A stretch of DNA of 64,000 nucleotides from Paraphysomonas bandaiensis (GCA_965644295.1 CBFFRP010000169.1:62001-126000); one strand, 5' to 3'. Shown: positions 1 through 13,058, counted from the first letter of the stretch. The notes: a model not told the origin generated them from the sequence alone. Numbers and translations are program-made.

Positions 1-590
1 AGGTTTACGGGGTGCCGGAGCAGGTGGTGCGGCCGCTGAAGTACGCTCTTGGCCATCAGATGAAGCTCCAACGCCCTATATAAGCTCATGTCATACTAAT
101 CATTTACCATGCATACCGTTAAGTATATAACATGGGTCAATAATGGACCACAACAAGATTCAGTCGATAAATATGATTTCTTACCTTCGCCCTCTGTTTT
201 CTGTCTGCAACGATCTTCATTGCTTTCAACTATATGACACATACACATCAAATTCCAAGCACACACAATAATGATAGAGCACCTCCTTGAGACGATCCTT
301 AAGTCCTTTATCCAGTTTATTGGCATCTGATTCTTTTTGTACACGACGAATCTAAACAATTGCACATCAGACTTCACACAAGCGACATAGCATCACAGAC
401 AGCACCTCATTCTCTATCTGCTCAGGGTTGTTAAGCAGATTGGCAACTTCCCTGACTTTCTCTCTTTCTTTCTTACTCTTTTTAATTTCCTGTATATCTA
501 TTATTAATATAAGGAATAGCAGGTATGGCTGTCTACCTTCTTCTTCTGCTCCTTACGATAAGCATCCGCTGGATTGAGACCTTTACCCAT
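1..590 (-). CDS. WBP11: WW-domain-binding protein 11 (Wbp11/ELF5/Saf1) homolog, 5' exons; gene runs off the window start
   Basis: Spliced reading from ATG at 590: MGKGLNPADAYRKEQKKK|EIKKSKKEREKVREVANLLNNPEQIENE|... resembles the Wbp11 N-terminal motif (NPxDxxRKExxKxExKKxKxxR). A Pro-rich exon (AAAPPAPAPRKP) lies at 1-75. Not in the ORF track because of short introns. Confidence 0.75.
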
Positions 591-1070
591 TATAAATCCA
601 CGTTTAAATTAAGTCCACAAGTAATTATTCATAGCGCTGTTGGGAAGGAGTTAACAATGTATGAACACACTGACAGAGTGCGTTTGTATAGCCACTATGG
701 ACAGAGGCGATTTAACGAGCCACAGCATACACATCTAGATTCCACATATATTTCAGTTTTATTATTTCCGTCTATTCAAGATACGCTTATGCTACCGTAT
801 AATCAGTGTATTTCCAGGATTTCTTCTTTGTCCGTGTTTTTTCTTCTTCATTTGAGTCCAAAAAGCTGACAATTTCTTGACTCATCTCAACATGCTGCAT
901 ATGGAGATCAACTACTGCCTGTATATATTCACTTATCTCATCACTCCTCTGGCATTCTTACGCCATATTACTCTTCTCTTGAATGAGAAGACACCGAGGC
1001 GAATGAGTGTATAAAATGACCTTTGAATCACTATTTCTTTTACTCAATATGCTCCTGTGAGCCGTGAATC

Positions 1071-3638
1071 ATGACTGATATTCAGAGTTCATTTAAACAA
1101 AAGACTAAACAAATTATATATGATGGCATTCAGAAGTCCTTTGAGATAGTCGTATCCTGTCATGATAAAAACTGTGTGCCGAGAGTAGAAGCGCCCAGTG
1201 GCCGTCACTCTGACAGCACAAACTTCGACTATATTAAATATAAGACTAAAGAGTTAAAACAGAATCTTCATACGCCTTATGTACTTGATTTGTTCCTTGA
1301 TGTCGACAACAATAAAGGTGTGAAGAGTTTGCTACTAGAACGGTGGAATATTCACTATGACACGAAACGTCGGGATACGAAGGAAGGCCGGATCAGTTCC
1401 GTCAACAAGCATATTGGTATCATGATGCGAACGTTGTATTGCTTTGTGCGTTTGTTACCGGCCTTTCAGCTGTCCACTCAGTCAAGACAGTGTCCTATAT
1501 CGTTTCGGATATACAACGCTGAATCTGGGTTCGAGAATAGGGATAGATTCGAGACAAGCGTCATGAGTTATGCATTTCCACCTATTCCTACCCCATTCGG
1601 CAATCTCACCCTCACCCTGAGGTACCTGGACTCTGAGAGCATCAAGGTCAGTTTTTGTGTTACATGAGTGCACAGAGGTATAATGAATTATGATCAGGCA
1701 ATATACAGCGAGGATGTTCCTGCTCAACTTCCCTCACCTGCTCAAGGGCACAAAGAAAGAGAGAGAGCTGATAGCAGTGAAGGTATATATTATTTTCACT
1801 GCAATGTTATTGATGTTTAGCCGTATGTCGTTACCATGTTTACATTCACTGAGTATATGATCCTTGACAGACCAGAGGAGGCGAAGCCTTGATAGGAGGA
1901 GACACTCTGTAGCTCTTACTCATGACCCCATTCCGATTCCTAATTCGCGGCACGGCCAGCCCAGTTCGTCAGGTAATTTGATTACTTTGGAGGTGTCATA
2001 CAGGGAGAACTTGTAGAACTGTTTGGTGTTTAAATTTGTAATTATTGCTCTACTTTTAGGCTCTAGCCGTCGTCCAGATGGCGCTCGTCCTGTATCCATG
2101 CCATCTGCTAGTAACAATGTCGCCTCAACTGCCCCTGCTCCCTATTCATCGGCTACTGCATGGGGGGCATCGTCCACTGGAGAAAGGTATTATGGCGAGC
2201 TACGATCTCCCACTCAACCTTCCAATTCCCTAACTCGAGATCCATCCCGATCCCCGGAGAAGTATCCACATGGTACAAATGGCACCAATGGTGGTGAAAA
2301 TCCTGGTGATGTTCCCGATATTCCATCACTCGGAAGACACCAATCTCGATCTGCTGATGCCGCCCCAGGGTACCTGAATGCAGTGGCGCAAGATTATTTC
2401 TCTCCCAAAGGACCTCAAGGTCACATGGATAGTCGTGTCCGCACTCTGAGCCGTGAGAGCGAAGGTGGAAGACCGCTCTCATTAAAGCACGGCCGTCCTC
2501 CTCAGCATGTATGTATCGTTTTCCTGTTTTTGTCGCGTTGAGTGATAAGGTATACGATGCAGCCGGAGTCTTCCTCATACAACTCCCATTCCTCCTCCCC
2601 TCACTCTGGCACACCTGCTCCGTTCTATATGAACTCCTCCGCCTATCCTACTTCGTCTTCTTACCCTAATGATGAAGATCCTGATGCTCTGCCATTGGCT
2701 GATATCTCTCCCCCATTCCAACTGCCTTGTGTAGGGCTAATTTCTACCTCCCCCTCGACTGGTCAAGGAGGATCACTTCACACACTACGGGGGCAACTTA
2801 TTGGCACTAACAGAGTTGGAAAAGGAGAAAAGTATTATGTAAGTGTATGTGTATTGTGCTGATGCAGGGTGAATCAAGTGCAGTGAACTGGATTTCATGC
2901 ATTTCTTAATAGGGATATGGTGCACGCACCCCACACTCCGTGACAGGCCACGGTAGCAACTCTCCCATGGAGCTAATGGGACTCGCCACATCTATACACA
3001 CCCTCCTTCCCGAACTCCCAGAATCCCCATTCGATACTGACTTGGGCCGCGACTGCTATCCCCTAAGCAGGTGATTTACCTAGCAAATTCACATATTTTA
3101 TGTCGTACCGATTGTGAAATTATTGCATCGTATTCAGGGAGGGACATGACGGCTCAAGCGTCGGCGGGGCCGGTGAATCTCGCAGTGCTGATACGGACTG
3201 TATGTTCGCTTATGATGATAACGACCGCGATTCACTGGACGGCAATGAGGACGAAGACATGCCTTTTGCCTACGCCGCCCCACAGGCAGAGTCATTTGAG
3301 TTTCAACGTCCCGCTGTGTCCTCTGTGTCAGCAAAAGGGCTGGCTACTAATCCTTCCGGTTCCACTTCAAGTAATAACCAGAGCTTCATTGCGCAACAAT
3401 GCATGGCGCCACCGGTATTGGCTAGCTTTGAGAGCGCCTCTACCTACAGTAGGAATAACGATGTGGTAAGCACCTCGTTACTATCATATATGTAATATAT
3501 TTCGGTCTGATTTGGAACATTGCTAACCCTTGAAGTTCCGTCCTGATTGAGTTGATGTTTGCATTTGTATAGGGCGCCTCAGCATTTGCGAAACTCGAAC
3601 AAATGAAGGAGTTTCATATGACTTTCGCCCAGTCGTAG
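1071..3638 (+). CDS. ATG13: Autophagy-related protein 13 (N-terminal HORMA domain plus long Ser/Pro-rich disordered tail), multi-exon
   Basis: Exon 1 contains LLLERWNI and IMMRTLYCFVRLLPAFQL...PIPTPFGNLTLTLRY, typical of the Atg13 HORMA domain. Following exons are low complexity, with a DEDMPFA motif. Last intron GT at 3466 / AG at 3572; final exon 3573-3638 ends in TAG. Confidence 0.8.
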
Positions 3639-3939
3639 GCTGTGACGCACACCCATCTCGCTTTTGTCGCTGCTGCACATGTATGTTAAGAATATGGGTG
3701 GGTGAAAGCGAGATTCCTAGTGTGTATATATATGATATCGTTAATTGAGAAGTCAGTAGTCAGAGAGTGTTGGTTGTGTACAGTGGATGTAGTTGAACAG
3801 CTTGGTCTTTTACATAGGGCTGGTAGTAAACTAGCATGTAGCTAAGAATGCGTAATACTGAATATGTATGATAAACACCCCATTGTCACTCGAGCAACCA
3901 AGCTTTGTTTATATTAAATATATACAGTTGAAGGTAGAA

Positions 3940-4340
3940 TAACTATACCAAATTGACTAATAGAGCATACTTTATTTGTCGTGAAGCTTGAGGTATATTA
4001 TTGAACCTAACTTGTCTAGAACCTGGCCTCTAGTCACAGATAAGCTCGCATACAGCTACGCATTACAAAACAATGAAGTCACTGCAGTAAAGTCAAACCA
4101 GGGTCTGGTAACCGTCAGGGCTGCGTATCGATTAATCGATTTTCTAAATTGTCAATTATTGAAATTTCAATAATAGAAACAACTGGGACATCAAATAAAT
4201 CATAATTCGACTAGTAGGTTGAATACCAAAATTGACTAGGTTGAGTGATTTATTACTTTGACTAGGCTATTCCACCTAAAATAGCGTGACTAGATAATTC
4301 AACCAATTTAACTAGGTTAAATAATATTTCCCATTATAAT
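3940..4340. repeat. Degenerate DNA-transposon-like (hAT-like) relic with repeated TTGACTAG motifs
   Basis: CAGGGTCTGGTAACC at ~4099 resembles the CAGGGCCTGGTAACC end at 23710. Several GACTAG/ACTAGG motifs occur at 4209-4316. Confidence 0.35.
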
Positions 4341-4512
4341 TGACTCCATCTTGCTTCAATTAATTGTCAATAAATAAATACAATTTGTAGTTAAAAATCG
4401 AAGATTGGTAAAAGACTATAATATCCGTAGTAGAATTATCTCACATAGTAGTTAATTATAATTCATAGTAATTAGCGATATAAGCGATACACTGGTACCA
4501 GAAGTCTTTGCA

Positions 4513-4806
4513 CGAGTAATAAACAGACATCCGGGGTATCGGCTGCCTGCTGAAGGCAAGTATCCGGACTGTTCACCTTAAGGACTCAGAACTCCTGATG
4601 TCAGCAGATGACAGGTATATAGGTATATCAATAATCCGCTTGCTCTCAGTGTTAGCTAAAAGTGATAGAGAAAGTTGTTTAACCTAGTAGCTTTTGTAGC
4701 GTTAAAAAAATAGTAGGATATCAGAAGTTAAGCACTGATTCTTAAAAGCCAATTGCTAATGTTAAGACATTCACAACTACGTTCAATATACTTCACACTA
4801 CCTTTT
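4513..4806 (+). repeat. Dispersed structured repeat, copy 1 (shorter at its 5' side)
   Basis: Shares GGCTGCCTGCTGAAG, CACCTTAAGGACTCA, GTTAAGCACTGA and TAAGACATTCAC blocks with the reverse complement of 10335-10860 and with 18432-18841. Confidence 0.8.
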
Positions 4807-5329
4807 CGATAAAATGTTTATGTCATATCAGTACCGTAAACCATAAACTTTATATATTAGAATATATATGAGCCCGCATTGAATACCACATAATGATGAT
4901 GACAACCGTATTGTCAGTTTTATTCTTACCTTAATTGAATAATAAATCCCAGTTGGTCTGTTGGTTAATGCACAAGGATTTAATGGAGTTGTATAAATAA
5001 AGTTAGTACACCCTGCTGGGATACAATAGTTTACATTTATACAAGCTACTGTGTCTGTTATACTGATGTCATGTGGAAAACCAATAGGATTTATTTACCT
5101 GAGAGCAAGGGTCATATAGAATAGATGGGTGAGATCTACTACTACACTGGAGTGTAAGAAGAAAGACGATAACAATAGATATCCATGGATACACACAATG
5201 ACTATTTATTAATAAATCTATATGGATCTCGAACACGAAACATATGCACCACTTCAACTAAAACTAAATAGCAGAACAAAATATATGATTACAGATGTAG
5301 AATTCTAAAGCAAGATAAAGTGAAACAGC

Positions 5330-8242
5330 TTATGGTAAGTCACTCAAATCAAGCGCATTTTCAGAATTTTGCACAACAGCTGTTACCATAGATTCCTCCC
5401 AAACAACCATATATTCGGTGACACCCAACCAGGATGCCCATCCATCAGATTCCACATGATCTGAAAAATTGGCTGTAAATTTATCCTTGTCTACATGTTT
5501 CATATCAGTATTTCGATCGCAATCGGAGGTCTCACATAATTGGTCAGGTGAGGATGACAAGGGCTGCATACTAACATCAATATTAAATATATCAATATAT
5601 CCCCTAGATTCCATTACAATGTACAGGTCCTCCCCAGCTTTACTTCCCTCTTTGTAAAAGACGGGAATCTGTCCAATAGGGGCAACCACTGATATGAAGC
5701 GCCCGTTATCTCCACCTTCTACTACCTTACCGGTCCATAAATGCACCCATTTCGAATGACTTGGTATCAACACTTTCACCTTCGTCGAATATCTATCTGC
5801 TGCACCTTTGTCCATTACAGGAGCCACAAGAAAATCTTCACCAAACAGGAATTGCTCCTTTACACTCCAAGACTTCGAATCCCAAGGGTAGTGCATAGCC
5901 ATAGGACGTATCAACGGGTACCCTTTCTCGTGAGCCAAGCGGAATAACTCCCCTCTATAACTTGACAACAGACGGAATATATCTGCAAATACCGCGAAAT
6001 GACGCATCGTAATGTCGTTGTCATAGACCTGATCACTTATTAGGTACCCTGCTACTATCAATCTCATAAAATATTGATTAACCTGTGCATTAAATGGAGC
6101 TGTCGATGACCCAATGTGAGAGCGAAAGAGTGCCGCCCCAAACGCACTCAATTCTATCCATCGCAACAACAGCTCGATGCTACGAGTGTACCCCACAGGG
6201 CCCTTTGCCTCCTGAAGCGTAAGTTAGTCACTTTCACCTCGACATTTTAAAAGACATTTACTTACAATAGTATAACCTCCGATATCAGAATGAGTAAGAG
6301 TATGACCGCCAAGTCCGGAACTAAGGCATGACGTCACCACCGTCTTTAGACCATCGCACCCGTCCCAGCTCACTAACTGGTCACCGACCCAGTACATAGC
6401 CGTATGACCAGGAGACTTCACATGTGCCGACCGCATGAAGTATAGGACTTCGTCAGACATGCTCGCCTGGATGAAATTGAGAACAAAAAAAGTATTAATA
6501 GTAAAACACCTCAGCAATCGCTTCTTCGTTGACTTTAGCCCACTCCTCGGGGTACCTACAGAAAGACTTATACACGTAAACCATCTGTCAAATGCGGTAC
6601 CGGTTATGGTAACTCGCGGCATCTTCACCGCTGAATAACACAGCATCGAAAGGAAGATACTCTCCGAAATCTTGTGCAATAAACAAAAAACATGACTTTT
6701 AGTGTTGACACACATGTCTCGAATTGCATACCTGCCATCCATCCAGATGACCCTGATTTGCGGATCATCTCATTTTTTAATATATCTTTCATCCATATCC
6801 TTGCATCAGGATTGGAGAGATCCACCATACAGAAGTCTATTGACCCACTGTGCAGGACGTAGCTGTCCCCATACTGGTCGTGTACAAAGTATCCCTTACT
6901 CACCCCTTCTTCATAATAATTATGCCGATACCCAGATGATATGTTTACAGGACTTGAGAAAAAAGGATTCACATAAGTCAGCACTCTAACGTCGCTCTTT
7001 TTCCACTCTTCCAGTAGGTCATTCCATCCATAGTAATAGTCTGTGTCGAGTTCCCAATTCCAGACAAGACGATCTCCATCGTACGCATGCCTGAGCCCTA
7101 CCCAGTCCTGAATCCATACACCTGCAAAAATTGTTACAATTTGATGATATATCTTTTCTTTAAACCTGTGAGTGGGACACCGAATTGAATCAGCTGGTCC
7201 ATGTGTTTCTTCACTTCTTCTGTTCCACCCTCCAGTCCTACCACAGCGCCCTGCTGTGTCCATGCAGGTGGAACTGGCATACGCCCCGTAACACATGTGA
7301 TCTCCTCCACAATATCCAGCCAACTGTCACCATCGATTATTCTCCCATGCATAGAAGTGCCCCACACTTCGATAACAACGGAATCATCATCTCGCAGATC
7401 AAAAAACATTGTCTACAAACTAAAATAACAGCAAGTATATTACAAGATATAAAACTAACCTCTGTGTTTTCAAGAACTAGAGACCGATTAAAATTTGTGA
7501 TATATAGTGGTTTGGGGGCATATGTTGTACTCCAATCTCCTCCAGCACCGTTACCGAATATATTCAGCATTGATGTAATCGGCTGAAGCCCTATGTAGAT
7601 CATAATTTTAAAAAATGTATTACAAGTACAGTATAATTTAGCACCTCGTCCAATTCCTTGCTCTGCAACCAATATGGGAACCCGTAGACCCTTCATGTTC
7701 CAATACGTGTACTGGGTCCCAAACCCATGAAACGACTCGTCAGGATGGCACCAGTAATTTAAAAATAATCGATTGAATATACCACGCATGGTGTCAACAT
7801 GTAACTCAAATTTTAATTGTGATTTACTCTCAGTAGTGTAAAAGCGCAAGGTGTAGTTCCCTTGCGTAACTAAACCCCAAACAAAACCCTGAAATATGAC
7901 TTCCGAGTCAGTTACTTGGATGTCATCTATAGACTGATGGGGAGTTTCATACAACGTCCATTCTTTAGCATTGTAATTCCCATCAACAATAGGATAGCTC
8001 GTAGACCAAGCATAGCCCACAGTAATGAACGGCCAGTGCATGAGTGTCTCAAACAGCACTTTATCGGGGCTCCTAATAGACGTGACCTTAACATAAGGCT
8101 CCTCCGATTTCCAACTAATAGAAAACTCCCCAATATTGGCATTAGACAGAGAGGTATCTTGATGCATGGAGAACATGTCTGTGAAGGATGCATTCACATG
8201 TATTGTCATGAACGAGGCGATAAGGAGGCATGTCGACAGCAT
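5330..8242 (-). CDS. Glycoside hydrolase family 31, sulfoquinovosidase (YihQ)-like, with signal peptide; multi-exon
   Basis: N-terminus MLSTCLLIASFMTIHVNA. Motifs AEQGIGRG, GVWIQDWVG..GDRLVWNW, spliced nucleophile motif GWMA|DFGEYLP, WVGDQLVSW, HSDIGGYT, ELLLRWIELSAF, QFLFGEDFLVAPV. Confidence 0.85.
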
Positions 8243-8841
8243 CGTCCTGTATATGCGTATACAGATAATTAACACACACGGGTTATGTAGTTATGAAAGC
8301 AATGAGGGCTTGTGATAGAGATGGTACCATCCCTTAATACTGATTGAGTTCATTGTCTGTTTATCAGTGTATGTATGTATGTATGTACTCTATAGTGTAT
8401 ATATGCATACAGAGCAGTACATACATACAGTATATATGTCTGTATACACGTCGGCATGTAACAACTTAACTTACGCATTTGTTATGTATGACTTCTATAT
8501 GCTTGTATGTACATGTACAGGAGGGGATGTATTCCCATATGTATTCCCAGTCTACCCAAAGGCATATGTACGTACTGCTTGTAGATATAGCCGAGAGAGT
8601 AGAATATCGAATGCGAATGTACGCGTTCGTCAGTGTTTTTTTGTTGTAAGAAAAAGCGTCATTTTTAGTAAGAAACACTCAGCTTGATATCGTCACTGGA
8701 AACAAAGGAGGAAATATATCCACTTCCTCTTCACTTCGCCATATACACTCACTCCTCATAGTGTTGGTGCGGGAATAGAAGCCAATATACAGACATCAAT
8801 TCATTTGAAGAAGTTCAGGTGGTAAGCTCAATATCAGGAAG

Positions 8842-9972
8842 ATGGGCAACTCAGCTAAATACACATTTGATGCGGATGTCCCGGGAAGAGATGAGTTAGC
8901 TGCTCCAATGTTCGAAGCCATAAATATTTCTAAATCAGACTTAAATTTCTTCTATGCTGCATTTGCGGATATGGATTCAACTAATTGTGGAAACATCAGA
9001 TTAGATGAGATTCTTATGTACTATAAGATCGAGAAGAACCCCTTCACTATGAAATTATTCCAAACATTCGACGTTACGAATGATGGATATTTAAATTTCT
9101 GTGAGTTTGTGTGTTCTATTTGGAATATATTGAGTTTAGACCCTCTTTCTGAAGACTTGTGCCGATTTATTTTCAAGTTATATGATGAGAACGGCGTCGG
9201 TTATCTTAACAATAAAGAAGTACACACGATTATGGATGATATACACCAGAGCTTAAGACATCAAACTGGTAAATATGAATCAGTTCTCACAAAGAGTAAT
9301 GCATCCAAGGAACGAAAAGCAGGAACTACACTGGAGAATTTTATACAAGTGGCGAAAGAAACCCCTTCTTTGATGGCTCCTGTCGTCAAATTTCAATGTA
9401 CTTTACGGCGACAGCTTCTTGGTGTGCACCATTGGGAGAAACTGACAATAGCTAGAGCTGAGACTGAAGGCCATGACTCTCTAGCTTTGCATGCTAAGAG
9501 AATGGCAGGATACTGCGATGCGGTTATTGAAAAGGAAAAATTCAGAGAAATGGCATTAAGTCAGAAGAAAAGAAAAGAAGCCGAGGAGAACGAGCCGAAA
9601 TACAAGAACAAAAGCAAAATACAGGAAAAACGCCGAACCAGTGAAATGTTGTCGTTCTTTAACATGAAGGGACAGAAACCTGCCGCTGGTACTGCTAAAC
9701 CTCAATCGAAGATAGATGTACTACCACAACAACCCAGGCCACGGAAAAATTCTTTGTTCAAACCGAGAACGGTGAAAAAGCAACCAAACTCTTGTCAAGG
9801 TAAAGGTGCGGCTCTTGGTACACAAGAGGTTCGACGTGCTAGGGGAAGTCGTGCGGTTCAGCAGAAGAGGATCATGACATCGAGTACTGCAACCACAGGA
9901 TCACACAACGCTATCAAAATCGAAGATGATGTCGGCGGCAGGAGACAGAATAAAGTATTGCCTGATAATTAA
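8842..9972 (+). CDS. EF-hand calcium-binding protein (calcineurin-B/recoverin-like N-terminus, basic disordered C-terminus)
   Basis: Single-exon 376-aa ORF with EF-hand loops DSTNCGNIRLDE, DVTNDGYLNFCE and DENGVGYLNNKE. It begins MGNS (possible myristoylation). Confidence 0.75.
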   Translation: MGNSAKYTFDADVPGRDELAAPMFEAINISKSDLNFFYAAFADMDSTNCGNIRLDEILMYYKIEKNPFTMKLFQTFDVTNDGYLNFCEFVCSIWNILSLDPLSEDLCRFIFKLYDENGVGYLNNKEVHTIMDDIHQSLRHQTGKYESVLTKSNASKERKAGTTLENFIQVAKETPSLMAPVVKFQCTLRRQLLGVHHWEKLTIARAETEGHDSLALHAKRMAGYCDAVIEKEKFREMALSQKKRKEAEENEPKYKNKSKIQEKRRTSEMLSFFNMKGQKPAAGTAKPQSKIDVLPQQPRPRKNSLFKPRTVKKQPNSCQGKGAALGTQEVRRARGSRAVQQKRIMTSSTATTGSHNAIKIEDDVGGRRQNKVLPDN

Positions 9973-10334
9973 AAGGGGGAAAGCTGTACAAGCAGTGGCA
10001 GTTATATTAATACTTTCATATTGTTTATACCATCATATAAATGACAAGTACATATACGAATATATCACGCAAAATTAGAGTTCCAGTTATGAGATGTGAT
10101 ATATAGTCTACTATTAGTGGATGTACAGTTTTTACTAAACTTTTTAGTTACATATTTGTGATTTCATGTTGAAATTGATTGTTGTTAATCATCACATCAT
10201 CTGATTTTGTTGTAAATTCCGTTTCAACTGAATGGTAGAATTTATCCTCAGTTTAAAATTTATGTTGTCAAAGTACGATTCCTACCACAGTGAAAGCACG
10301 CACTCCTTCTCTGACAAGTACGAATCCTACACAG

Positions 10335-10860
10335 AAAAGTAGTGAATGTCTTATTATTAGCAATATAGTCGTTTAAGAGTCAGTGCTTAACTCTGATATC
10401 CTAATATTTAACGCCACGAAAGCTGCTTGGCCGTCACCGCAAGCACCAAGGAGCAACTACTTTCGCTCTATTACTCAAAGCAAACGCTTTGAGCTAGCAG
10501 AATGTTGATATTTGATATTCGATATATATCTGACATTGAGTCCTTAAGGTGACCACAGCCTGGATACTTGACTTCAGCAGGCAGCCCAATGCCCCGGGTG
10601 CCCTTGAGGTGGGCCCACTTTCGGATGTCTTCTAGGGTCGTCTAGACAAGTGACACTTATTACTTATTAGCTTATTAGTGTCCCTTGTACCACACAAGCA
10701 TTAGGCTATGATTGGGCAGAAAATTATATGCTGACTATATACGCGGTCCGTTAGTTTTCCGTAGAAATATCTCCGGTACTTATCACCCAGTACACCACGA
10801 AAAGGTGCGAGTCCGCCTTTGTTGAGGGTATCCAGAATAGACGCCTGTTCGTTTACTCAT
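10335..10860 (-). repeat. Dispersed structured repeat, copy 2 (most complete)
   Basis: Reverse complement aligns along its length with 18432-18841/23516-23524 and in its 3' half with 4513-4806. Contains several hairpins. Confidence 0.85.
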
Positions 10861-11270
10861 TAAATGTTCAATTTGAGATGATAATATTTTCGATCAGAGA
10901 ATGATTATGGCAGTGTTCATACAACATTACACGAAAATGTATATTATTATGAAAAGGGTGTTAAGTGTAGATATATGTTACATTAGTTTTAATAGCATTC
11001 ATTGTTCATAAACATTAATTATGCTACTCATGCTTGGTGGGGGAGACAAGGCTCTTTAGGATTTAATTACGCGTTCTGCCATTTCCACAAATAATGAGTG
11101 TCAACATTGTACACATAGATACCACCTATGTGTGTGTTTTCATTGAATATGTAATTAATTTTGTACTTGAAAGGTAATGAGCAGCTAGTGACAATATTAC
11201 TTTAATGGTACTAGATTGAGCAGATGACAAATGACTATGAGGTGAAATCAGACAAGCAAATTATGTAGAT

Positions 11271-11620
11271 CAGGGCAAGGGAACAATATAATGCAATACT
11301 ATAGTTACATAATGTCCCATCAATAATATTGATAGAGTCTTTTATACCAGCCCAACAACGATATGATTGCAAATATATAGTGAGCTACCTTAACAGCATC
11401 AATATTGGTGGAATTTTGGACAGTCAACCAACGCAAAGTTGTAGATATCGATAGAGAATAATACAACACAATTTATATTTGCCACAACAATTTGTAATAC
11501 AATTTATAAACTTAAATGTTGTCAACAACAGTATATCGATTTCAAGCCATGTAATATGTAATAGTACAAAGTACAATGGGGCAATCAATATTGTGATGAA
11601 TGTGTCAATGATTTGCATCA
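11271..11620 (+). mobile_element. Degenerate hAT-like element, same family as the 51147 MITE (right end not identified)
   Basis: Begins CAGGGCAAGGGAACAATATAATGCAATACTA, matching the 51147 TIR and flank (CAGGGCTAGGGAACAATATATTG..CAATACTA). Internal CAATATTG motifs. Confidence 0.55.
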
Positions 11621-12000
11621 GACATATTGTGTATTGTCGCGTTCTTGTTTTATTTTATAGCATTAGCAGAATGTTTCAGTGATAATTCTACAACATGTCG
11701 GTCGATCGCCTTGTTATGGGCACTATTGGTTTATTATTGGGTATTATTAAGGCTTATAAGACACATCTTATTATACAATTGAGCGAATTTGGATTGTGAT
11801 AAACTGTTAATGATCACAGCGTAAAATTTTCACCAAACACAATTTAGAAGAAGAGCTGCAGACGTCATACATTGCATTGTCTTTACTACTAACAATGCGT
11901 TGTTAGTTTTAATTTCAATCTGAAGGTATCACACCAGAGCACTAGTAAATAGACTACGCAAACAAACTTAACGATATGCACATTATATATAATAATTTAT

Positions 12001-12532
12001 TCACTTCGTATGAACCGTTTCGTTTCCACTTATATCTGTCTGGTCCAATAAACCGCCGTTCGTTGTTAGTAAACCGTATAAGTTACTTGTGAACGAGTCA
12101 CATCGATTCTTCAAGTCATATTCGCAACGTTCAAAATAATCATTAAGCTTTCTAACGATACTCTCAACATCCCGCTTATGTATACAAGAATAAACAGCTT
12201 CCGTACGTAGTATATCGAGAAGTTCAGATTGTAAGTGTGCAGTGACTGAGGTGTCATTGGTTTTACTCAGCACATCCAACACACAATTGGCAACAAACTC
12301 TCCACATAAGTTCCCATATAATCGCCCCGCTACAAACCCCTCATTGAACCCTCGCTGACGGTACATTTCCTCACCCTTCTGCTTTCCACTCCTATATCCT
12401 TCTTGCATAATGCTTCTCAATGCATGATTGCTTTCGCATATATCTTCTTCGCAGTTATCATCTGAGTATACACTGATTACTTATAGAGCACATGTATATA
12501 TATCACAGCATACCCCATATCTCGTCGTCCAT
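12001..12532 (-). CDS. YAE1: Yae1-like protein (Yae1_N domain), 2 exons
   Basis: Spliced MDDEIWD|DNCEEDICESNHALRSIMQEGYRSGKQKGEEMYRQRGFNEGFVAGRLYG carries the deca-GX3 pattern of Yae1/Lto1. Intron approximately 12462-12513. Confidence 0.7.
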
Positions 12533-12884
12533 TACTAATGTATGAGGGTTTACCTACACGGTAAGAATGGTAATGGTGGATATGACGGAGAACTATAGTG
12601 TGTAATGACCAGTTGATGCATGCTATAGATGTAGTGTATAGATGGTATGGACACACACTCCTGCTGCAGTACATACACACCTGTATACCGGTACGATGGA
12701 CAGCAGTACACTCCTGTATACTGTACTGCTGTACCATACCATACGTATCCCGTCAAGTAGGAATTCTTATGTATGACTACTGTATGCTGTGTATATGTCT
12801 GTATTAATCTCCACTGCTATATACGTATGTATGTATTGTATGTAAACGTATCCTATCCTGCGTGTTGTGTGTTGGTATGCCTAT

Positions 12885-12920
12885 CTATGGTATGGTATGG
12901 TATGGTATGGTATGGTATGT
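12885..12920. repeat. (TATGG)n microsatellite in the divergent YAE1/PSMB4 intergenic region
   Basis: Direct reading: tatggtatggtatgg... Confidence 0.9.
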
Positions 12921-13058
12921 AGGTTCCTACAACATGTAGTGTGTATGTATGTGTATTAGAGTAACTCAACTCGAACAATTCATATAATATTATATATATA
13001 TATATATACCTCTCATCTGTTAAGGCCTTTTCATATAGATCATAGGAACCACTCCACT

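Noticed and set aside
10335-10860. Group I intron, hammerhead ribozyme, 7SL, telomerase RNA or omega-RNA identity for the structured repeat
   Set aside because: ATATAGTC and GACTA occur in the wrong order for group I P7. There is no complete CUGANGA/GAAA core, SRP54 motif or telomeric template, and no adjacent nuclease ORF.
8367-12807. Cys/Tyr/Val-rich small ORFs (8367, 12477, 12550, 12598; also 50120-50492 and 52465-52863)
   Set aside because: They are translations of TATG/TGTAC low-complexity upstream tracts.
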